Part shown: positions 57,878 through 64,000 of the stretch, piece by piece
How positions within the stretch are numbered: the stretch's first letter is position 1
Layout: every line of letters begins with the position of its first letter
DNA from: a virus
Reading direction: 5' to 3' (one strand)
IMG/VR virus record: IMGVR_UViG_3300028837_004134
Location: 19,417 to 83,416 of that record
Length of the DNA: 64,000 bases
Translations under genes and position numbers: made by a program
Notes under the pieces: generated by a model
Seen by the model: the letters and a program-made list of their open reading frames with translations, nothing else
The model's database searches: none
Told to the model about the DNA's origin: nothing

Positions 57878-58174
57878 TTATGACCGCCGCCGCTTGGTCT
57901 TTGCCAGATTCGTTACGGTGACGTTCATGTTCTTCCGCCGGGCGCGTTCCACTGCCAGATCCATATCCGGTTGCGGGACTCGCAATATCTTCTGTTTGTT
58001 AGTCTGCGTCGCCAATCGAGACAGTGCCTTATCAATCTTTGTCGGAGTACCTCCGCGTTCGACTTCGATGGCGGTGTTCCCACGAATCGCATCAAGTCTG
58101 CGCCCACCGGAGATCGGCACTTCCTTTCGCGCGGCCTTTCCTTTGCCCTGTTTGTGTGATCTGCTTTCTGACAT
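57878..58174 (-). CDS. Small basic protein, possible minimal PD-(D/E)xK fold
   Basis: EV..RRLDA..TAIEVER; AGGAGG SD. Confidence 0.6.
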   Translation of the reverse strand: MSESRSHKQGKGKAARKEVPISGGRRLDAIRGNTAIEVERGGTPTKIDKALSRLATQTNKQKILRVPQPDMDLAVERARRKNMNVTVTNLAKTKRRRS

Positions 58175-58201
58175 GACAATGTCCTCCTATAACCGTTGAG
58201 G

Positions 58202-58903
58202 TTAAGTGGTAAAGAGACTAGGCCCCGGCTGCTCGGTTTTAATCAGCTCGAGCCCGATCAAACGTATTTGCATAGCCTGCCCGGAAAGGTTGAATTCGCG
58301 GGCGAGCTCACGCGCGATTTCTACTGTCGGGCGTTCATCCTCCGCCAATCCCCACTTCGCCGAAAGGTCAGCCATCTCTTCCTCTGCGACATAAGGAGTC
58401 CTGCTGCCAAACTGTGACTCCCATGCCTGGAACACCATGTCCTTTGGCATTAACAGGAAACCGGCGAACGTGTCTGCCTGCCACTCAATCGGTTCCTTGC
58501 GAGAGCAGGTCCGACACACAACTGACGGTTCTTCTCGTTTGCCAAATAACGAAGTCTGGTCTTGGTTTTCCATGAAAAGGTGCCGGTGCAACTCCCAATG
58601 TCCAACTTCATGTGCGACCGTAAAGCGGTAGCGTCCCTCTTTTGTCGGATTGTCAGTGGGATCGAGTGACTGGTCAATTAGCACACGTCGGTCCTGGACC
58701 CACGTAGCGCCAAGCACATCCGAGAGGCCGAGCTGCTTGGCCAGATCGTCAAAACCCAGGCTAAGTTCCAGGTGTGCTTCAAGGATTTCCTCGACCGGGA
58801 TGGGCGGCCTCTCAACGACACCGTATTCCTGGCCATACTCGCCAAGCAGGCGCAGGCTTGCACCTTCGATTTTGTCTATGGGCAAAAACCTGACCCTAGT
58901 CAT
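58202..58903 (-). CDS. ImmA/IrrE family metallopeptidase
   Basis: RYRFTVAHEVGHW..EWQADTFAGFLLMP. Confidence 0.9.
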   Translation of the reverse strand: MTRVRFLPIDKIEGASLRLLGEYGQEYGVVERPPIPVEEILEAHLELSLGFDDLAKQLGLSDVLGATWVQDRRVLIDQSLDPTDNPTKEGRYRFTVAHEVGHWELHRHLFMENQDQTSLFGKREEPSVVCRTCSRKEPIEWQADTFAGFLLMPKDMVFQAWESQFGSRTPYVAEEEMADLSAKWGLAEDERPTVEIARELAREFNLSGQAMQIRLIGLELIKTEQPGPSLFTT

Positions 58904-58917
58904 TACCGCCTCACGTA

Positions 58918-59283
58918 CTACTTCTTTTTCTTCTTCTGTGCCTGCTTCGCAAGCTCGCGAAGCTGTTTGTCGGACATTACCTGCGTACTTCTGAGCAAAT
59001 CCGGTAGCACGGAGGGTCTCCTGCGGATAATCTCGCTCAGCTCAGGATCAACCCGCCCCGCAAGTGCGAGTAATTCGTCCGCGTCCACACCGAGGAGTTC
59101 AGCCATTTTCTTGATCTTCTCCGGCCTCGGCGGGTCGAACTCACCGCGCTCAACCTTGCTCAGAAACGTCGGACTGATGCCAACGGCATCGGCGAACTTC
59201 CTCAATGTGAAAGTCGAGTCTGTTTTGAGCTTCGCTTCTCGAAGTTCTCGGAGATGATCGCCAAATTTCTTGTTTCCTGCCAT
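58918..59283 (-). CDS. XRE-family repressor (ImmR-like)
   Basis: FGDHLRELR..TLRKFADAVGISPTFLSKVERG. Confidence 0.88.
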   Translation of the reverse strand: MAGNKKFGDHLRELREAKLKTDSTFTLRKFADAVGISPTFLSKVERGEFDPPRPEKIKKMAELLGVDADELLALAGRVDPELSEIIRRRPSVLPDLLRSTQVMSDKQLRELAKQAQKKKKK

Positions 59284-59302
59284 GACCGCACTCTCCGTTT
59301 GA

Positions 59303-59671
59303 TTAGCTTCCAATGCCAAGCAAGGGCAATCCCATGGGCGTTGCCGCGTCAAGGATCAAGTGGCTGACATAGGCCGCCGATGCCACTACCGTCGCCATCT
59401 TCTGCTTAGGAGTCATCTGCGTCGACTCCAGGGCTCTGTTGTTTGCGTACGCAATCCCCATCAGCAGAGCGACGCTATGAAAAGGACCTCGGTGATTAGG
59501 GGACAAAGCTGGTTCAAGGACGTCGGCGCTGATCCCGATAGCAGCTCCAAATCCCAATGCGGCGGTTGCTCCTCCCAGAGTCCATTCCTCATTCTGGAAC
59601 CGCTTTACCAAGCCGTACACGGCCAGCCCGGCAAGTGCTCCAGCTGCGGCGTGTGTACTACTATTCGCCAA
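59303..59671 (-). CDS. YdjM-like membrane metal-dependent hydrolase
   Basis: TH..DVLEP..NHRGPFHS..SHLILDAATPMG. Confidence 0.75.
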   Translation of the reverse strand: MANSSTHAAAGALAGLAVYGLVKRFQNEEWTLGGATAALGFGAAIGISADVLEPALSPNHRGPFHSVALLMGIAYANNRALESTQMTPKQKMATVVASAAYVSHLILDAATPMGLPLLGIGS

Positions 59672-59724
59672 TACTGTTTCTCCTTCACATCGATACGCCA
59701 ACTGGCGCCATGTATTTTGTGGAC

Positions 59725-59753
59725 TTTATACTAAACACCAGAAGTCTTGTCAA
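59725..59753 (-). promoter_or_regulatory. Sigma70 promoter of the repressor operon
   Basis: TTGACA-N17-TATAAA. Confidence 0.7.
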
Positions 59754-59883
59754 CACGTTTTTCCGACAAAACACATTGGGAGATAGGTGATCGCGTAATC
59801 CATTGTGAATTGAGGGGTTACGGGTAGCCGTTCGACGAAATGACGGGTGTGCCGGGAAGCGGAGAGGCGTACAGTTAGACGAG

Positions 59884-60342
59884 CTATTGCTGAGACCGGG
59901 AGCGATCGAAGACCAGCTTTTCCCACTTCTTGCGCTGGCGGTGCCAGTGAGGGACGGCGGCGATGGGACGGACGTCTCTCTCCTTAATCGGATCACGGCC
60001 CGTGGTCGTCCGAGGGAGAAACAGGATTTCCTCTTGGATGTCCGGTGCGAGGTTCAAGAGACTCATGATTTGCGTGATGCGGGCACGTGTCACGTAACCC
60101 AGGCGGGCGAGATCGGCATAGTCACTCACCTCGTTGTTGCGGATCAGGCCGGCGAACCGAATCGCCAGTGCCATCAGTCTTGAGAGGCGAGGCACATTGC
60201 CGGCCTCGACCTTCCGCCTTTCAGAATCCGGCTCTAAGGCCCGTTTCACCCTGGACTGGTTCCCGCTCTTAGGTCGGAAGGTCCAGGTCACGTCCAGACC
60301 ATTGGAACCGGGATCGCTTTCTGTCAAGTCGTTATGTTTCAT
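59884..60342 (-). CDS. Recombinase-associated small protein
   Basis: Paralog of 8889-9338. Confidence 0.8.
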   Translation of the reverse strand: MKHNDLTESDPGSNGLDVTWTFRPKSGNQSRVKRALEPDSERRKVEAGNVPRLSRLMALAIRFAGLIRNNEVSDYADLARLGYVTRARITQIMSLLNLAPDIQEEILFLPRTTTGRDPIKERDVRPIAAVPHWHRQRKKWEKLVFDRSRSQQ

Positions 60343-61946
60343 CGTAGTTCCTCCCCGTTGGACTGGCCTTTCTTTTCGCAGAGTGCCTTGATACCTAGCG
60401 ACCGGAAAGTCACCTTGACGCTGCCGTCTCTGCCGTCATATCCGATCCGTTCGATAAGTAGTTTGATGATCCGTGATTGCTCCCGAGAGTTTAGGGACTC
60501 CCAAACCGGCTTGAAGGCCGACAAAGACTGGGCTATGTCCTCTTCGTCTACTGCCTCTCTCTGCAGTGTGATGATCTCCTCTTCGATCTCTGTCATCCGC
60601 TGTTCGGCGCTACGAATCTGGTCCTGGAGATCGGCCAGTTGGTCAATCGCGGGGCTATCGACTGAAATCCCCGCCGGTTCCCCGATAAGCTTCCGCAGTC
60701 TTAGATGTAGACGCCGAATTTGCGTCTTCTGGATACGTCGTTCTCGGTTCAGGTCCGCCAGGCGGCTTTCCGTCTTTGCTCGAACCCGCTTCACCGTCTC
60801 TGCAATGATCTCCTGGTTGGAGCCAATCCCCTGAATATGTTCCACGAGGAACGACTCAATATCCTGGGCGTTGATCGATTTCGATGGGCACGCCGACCAC
60901 CCTCGTTGTTGAGCATTCAGGCAAACATAGTAGCGGTAGCGCCTGTTCTTTTTGGCGGTGTAAGTGTGCATCATGGCGGTACCGCAGGGGGTGCAATAGA
61001 GTAGTCCTCTGAGAATCGCTCCGTGCTTGCTGGGCATATTCGTCCCGCCGTTGCGAGCATTCTTCCGCAACAGGTCCCGGACTTGCTGCCACCGGACCTC
61101 ACTGATAATCTGTTCATGCTCTCCGGGATAAACCGAATCCTTGTATCGCACCTTTCCAGTATAGACGACATTTGTGAGCAGACGGAAGAGGCTGTTCTTG
61201 GTAAACGGCTTGCCCCCGCGTTCATGTCCTTTCTTCGTGACCCAGTGTTTGGTACGCCAGTCACGTCGATTGAGTTCCTGCACGACTGCGAGTAGTCTCT
61301 CATGCTCAAGATACAAGTCGAAAATCGCACGAACCCGTTCCGCTTCCTCGAGGTTGACAACAAGTCGACCAGCTTGTGAGTCAACATCATAGCCCAACAC
61401 CGGCATTCCCCCGGTCCATTTGCCCTTCTTCCGCGATGCCGATATCTTGTCGCGCGTACGCTCGGAGATGATCTCCCGCTCGAACTGCGCGAAGGACAGC
61501 AGGATGTTGAGGGTTAGGCGTCCCATAGAACTGGTAGTGTTGAACTGCTGGGTGACCGAGACGAAACTCACATCGTGCTTGTCGAAAAGCTCCATGATAC
61601 GAGAGAAGTCGAGAAGCGAGCGACTCAGACGATCAACCTTGTAGACCACCACACAATCGATCTCTCCTCCCTCAATGTCGGAGATGAGTCGATTGAGCGC
61701 CGGGCGTTCCATATTGCCGCCGGTGAAGCCGCCGTCATTGTAAGCATCGGGTTGACAAACCCAACCTTCATGCTGTTGGCTCTTGATGAACGATTCGGCC
61801 GACTCCCGCTGGGCGTCCAAGCTGTTGAACTCCTGGTCGAGCCCTTCATCTGTGGATTTACGAGTATATATCGCGCAGCGCACGGTTCCGTTGTCGCTCC
61901 GGCACAAGTTTTCTGATAGGGTATAGGCCTTGCTTCCTGAATTCAT
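60339..61946 (-). CDS. Large serine recombinase
   Basis: YTRKST and other motifs as in 9335-10942; both 535 aa. Confidence 0.95.
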   Translation of the reverse strand: MNSGSKAYTLSENLCRSDNGTVRCAIYTRKSTDEGLDQEFNSLDAQRESAESFIKSQQHEGWVCQPDAYNDGGFTGGNMERPALNRLISDIEGGEIDCVVVYKVDRLSRSLLDFSRIMELFDKHDVSFVSVTQQFNTTSSMGRLTLNILLSFAQFEREIISERTRDKISASRKKGKWTGGMPVLGYDVDSQAGRLVVNLEEAERVRAIFDLYLEHERLLAVVQELNRRDWRTKHWVTKKGHERGGKPFTKNSLFRLLTNVVYTGKVRYKDSVYPGEHEQIISEVRWQQVRDLLRKNARNGGTNMPSKHGAILRGLLYCTPCGTAMMHTYTAKKNRRYRYYVCLNAQQRGWSACPSKSINAQDIESFLVEHIQGIGSNQEIIAETVKRVRAKTESRLADLNRERRIQKTQIRRLHLRLRKLIGEPAGISVDSPAIDQLADLQDQIRSAEQRMTEIEEEIITLQREAVDEEDIAQSLSAFKPVWESLNSREQSRIIKLLIERIGYDGRDGSVKVTFRSLGIKALCEKKGQSNGEELR

Positions 61947-62488
61947 TCTCGTTGATCCGCCCTCTTGGTTTCGCGGTTCGTGTTGTCAGATGCTTTCTGT
62001 CTGGTGAGCCCGAAGAAAACGAAACCATTCCACTTGTTTCCCGTTACCTCGCGTGCAATAGCACTGAGTGACCTGAAACGGCGATCTTCGTACTCGAAGC
62101 CTTCGTCAAGGACCTTGACCACGACCGTCTTATCCTTGAACTCCCGCACGAGAAGCGTGCCCGGTAAAGGCAGACGGGAATCGCGGGAGGGGTCGAGCCG
62201 TCCGCCTATCGTCCTGCTGCGCATCTCGGCAGATCCGTACTTGTATGGATCGCGCGGAGTGCGGATTCTCAGGTCAGCGTCATTGGCTAATTCTTCGGCC
62301 CGGCAGCGCGCCCGTTCGGAAAGGTCGCCTTCCGACAAGGATTGCAGTCGCCAGGCGATACGTTTCCGCAGGAATTCCTTGTGGTAGGAACGTGTTTCCT
62401 CGCCGAACACATCGAGGTACTTTTCCTTGAGTTCGCCAACGGTCATCCTGCCTAATGCCTGGATCTCCTTGTAAGTCTCAGCGTTCAT
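61943..62488 (-). CDS. DUF2924 family protein
   Basis: Paralog of 10939-11484. Confidence 0.9.
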   Translation of the reverse strand: MNAETYKEIQALGRMTVGELKEKYLDVFGEETRSYHKEFLRKRIAWRLQSLSEGDLSERARCRAEELANDADLRIRTPRDPYKYGSAEMRSRTIGGRLDPSRDSRLPLPGTLLVREFKDKTVVVKVLDEGFEYEDRRFRSLSAIAREVTGNKWNGFVFFGLTRQKASDNTNRETKRADQRE

Positions 62489-62513
62489 ATTCAAACCTCC
62501 ATTCTTCGAAGCG

Positions 62514-62741
62514 TTAAGTTGCTTCTGAATGATGGCTTCGGCGGCCCGAACTATCAAGGCAATTCTCCGTAACCGGCTCAGATTCTTCGACTTGCGCCAC
62601 ATCGGCAACGCTCACTGAATGCTCAGATGATACCGACTGACGTTTCGACTTGAGATGTCTGAAACTACTTCTGGCTAGGATCGAAGCGATCTCTGTTACG
62701 ACCTCCTCGGGTTCCGTTGGTAGGTTATCATCATTGTCCAT
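62514..62741 (-). CDS. Small hypothetical protein
   Basis: Paralog of 11539-11742. Confidence 0.55.
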   Translation of the reverse strand: MDNDDNLPTEPEEVVTEIASILARSSFRHLKSKRQSVSSEHSVSVADVAQVEESEPVTENCLDSSGRRSHHSEAT

Positions 62742-62832
62742 ATGCTACTCCGTCGCAGCGGATGCACGATCATCCCGCTGTCTGGTTGATCAAGTGTTGC
62801 CGGGGTTTTTGTCGGTCCCGGCATGCGATAGA

Positions 62833-62863
62833 TACATACCGGAAGTATTCGAGAATCGTCGAG
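62833..62863 (-). promoter_or_regulatory. Element sigma-type promoter motif copy 8
   Basis: CTCGAC-N15-CCGGTATGTA. Confidence 0.7.
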
Positions 62864-63133
62864 GCGGGTTCAGCTGAGGCCACTGGCCTGTTAACCAGCG
62901 GGAATCTGGAAATGGAGAAACGGAGAATTAGGAGGAGATCTTCGCGGGCATCGAACGCAAAGGGACCAGTTCGATTCTCGCCCCGGAAGGAACGTCTCGG
63001 AACGGAGAATCATAGATGATGTTCTTAAGAGGGTAACCCCGCGTCACTCAAACAGAAACAACAGAACCCCGACCGGTTGCTCCGTCGGGGTTTTGCGTTA
63101 AACAAAAACCGCCATGGTTGGCGGCTGTAAATT

Positions 63134-63171
63134 TGGCTCCCCCGGCTGGACTCGAACCAGCGACCCACTGA
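63134..63171 (-). tRNA. 3' fragment of tRNA (Asn-type), att-site remnant, not a complete gene
   Basis: TCAGT GGGTC GCTGG-TTCGAGT-CCAGC CGGGGGA G CCA; A72/G73 fit tRNA-Asn; no matching 5' half at the expected distance. Confidence 0.75.
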
Positions 63172-63247
63172 GTGACAGGAGGGACGCTGCCTTTCACTAC
63201 TTAACAATCAAAAGGCGGAATTCTGCTGTCAGGTTTTTTCGATTCCC

Positions 63248-64000
63248 TCAACAGCCATGAATAAACAGATCGGCGACGAGCTTAACCAAATCGCCTGCGT
63301 CCGCTTCGCACGACAGGTACAAGGCGTAGTGTCGCCCCGCATAATGGTTGAGTATGTCCAGGAAGAGGTCTACCTGCCCGTCCCGATCAAGATCACCCGC
63401 CCAAATAATCGAGGGTGTGTCCTCGGCGCAAGCCCTGTCGTGTTCGACCAGAACTTGGCGCTGGCCATACCAGAGAGGATACTTGAAAAGCTTGACTTGA
63501 TAATCCAGGACAAGAGGTTCTCTTGGGCTTCGAAATCCCTCATCAGTCAGTTGGCCGAACGCTGACAGGCCGCATTCCCCCAGCATGATGAGCTGCCCAG
63601 GATTGATCCATTTGTCTCCAGAGAAATGAGTTGTTACCAAACCCGGTTCAAACTCGCGAGGGCACTGAACTAGAAACAGAGGCTTCAGGGGGTGGTCCAC
63701 AGTTATCGAAACTCCGGTTGTGTCACCGGGCTGGCTGCTGTAGGGTGCCGGGCATGATTTGGTCCTTATTTCAACCGATTCAAGTACATGACCACTGTCT
63801 GTCTTGAAGAGGCCATACCATCCCAGACTGTCAATGCTCCCAATGTTCGATCGATCGAAAACTCCAGGCAGGAGGATCTTATAGGTATTACCGAGATCAT
63901 TGCCGATAACAGCAGTAGCGCACATTAGGACGATAATGACAATAAGGCACATGGCCTTCAAGGCATTACTTTCAATTGCTGATTGAATTTGCACTCTCAT
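63248..64000 (-). CDS. Exported hypothetical protein
   Basis: Hydrophobic N-terminal segment; WAGDLDRDGQVDL Ca-binding-like motif. Confidence 0.75.
   Translation of the reverse strand: MRVQIQSAIESNALKAMCLIVIIVLMCATAVIGNDLGNTYKILLPGVFDRSNIGSIDSLGWYGLFKTDSGHVLESVEIRTKSCPAPYSSQPGDTTGVSITVDHPLKPLFLVQCPREFEPGLVTTHFSGDKWINPGQLIMLGECGLSAFGQLTDEGFRSPREPLVLDYQVKLFKYPLWYGQRQVLVEHDRACAEDTPSIIWAGDLDRDGQVDLFLDILNHYAGRHYALYLSCEADAGDLVKLVADLFIHGC

Larger units (their letters stand above)
12093..63133 (-). mobile_element. Element A: ~51-kb defective prophage/ICE-like island integrated at tRNA-Asn 3' end
   Basis: Bounded by GGGGAGCCA direct repeats; carries recombinase, sigma, helicase, primase, terminase and defence cargo. 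Confidence 0.85.

Noticed and set aside
63134-63220. Complete tRNA (Asp, from the CTGTCAC loop-like sequence, or Asn)
   Set aside because: No D-arm, no paired anticodon stem and no 5' acceptor strand at the right distance.

Overview
Array of integrated elements at the 3' end of a tRNA-Asn (minus strand). Only a 38-bp 3' tRNA fragment is present (63134-63171), and its terminal GGGGAGCCA is repeated at 12084-12092. Element A (~12093-63133, ~51 kb) is a defective prophage/ICE-like island with a DUF2924 + large serine recombinase module, its own ECF-like sigma factor, ERCC4 nuclease, RecD2 helicase, primase with iterons, ParB/DNA methylase/terminase, and no recognisable capsid or tail operon. Element B (<=4253-12092) is a truncated sister element with the same backbone but a different repressor module. 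Cargo in A comprises: a type I R-M operon stuffed with HEPN, DarTG and ImmA/DUF4411 genes; a divergent sigma-like / zinc-finger anti-sigma / membrane-anchored Lon-protease trio coupled to hsdR (best candidate for an undescribed system, resembling CRISPR CalpL/T/S but with an extracytoplasmic sensor); a T9SS-sorted FN3 protein; integron attC cassettes without an integron integrase; a NACHT protein with a hydrophobic insert; and a cyclase-alpha/alpha-barrel-double-methyltransferase fusion. Eight copies of a bipartite promoter-like motif (YYCGAC-N15-CCGGTADGTA) define a probable element sigma regulon. The T9SS C-terminal domain suggests an FCB-group host (inference). All calls are by-eye motif recognition; no searches were run.
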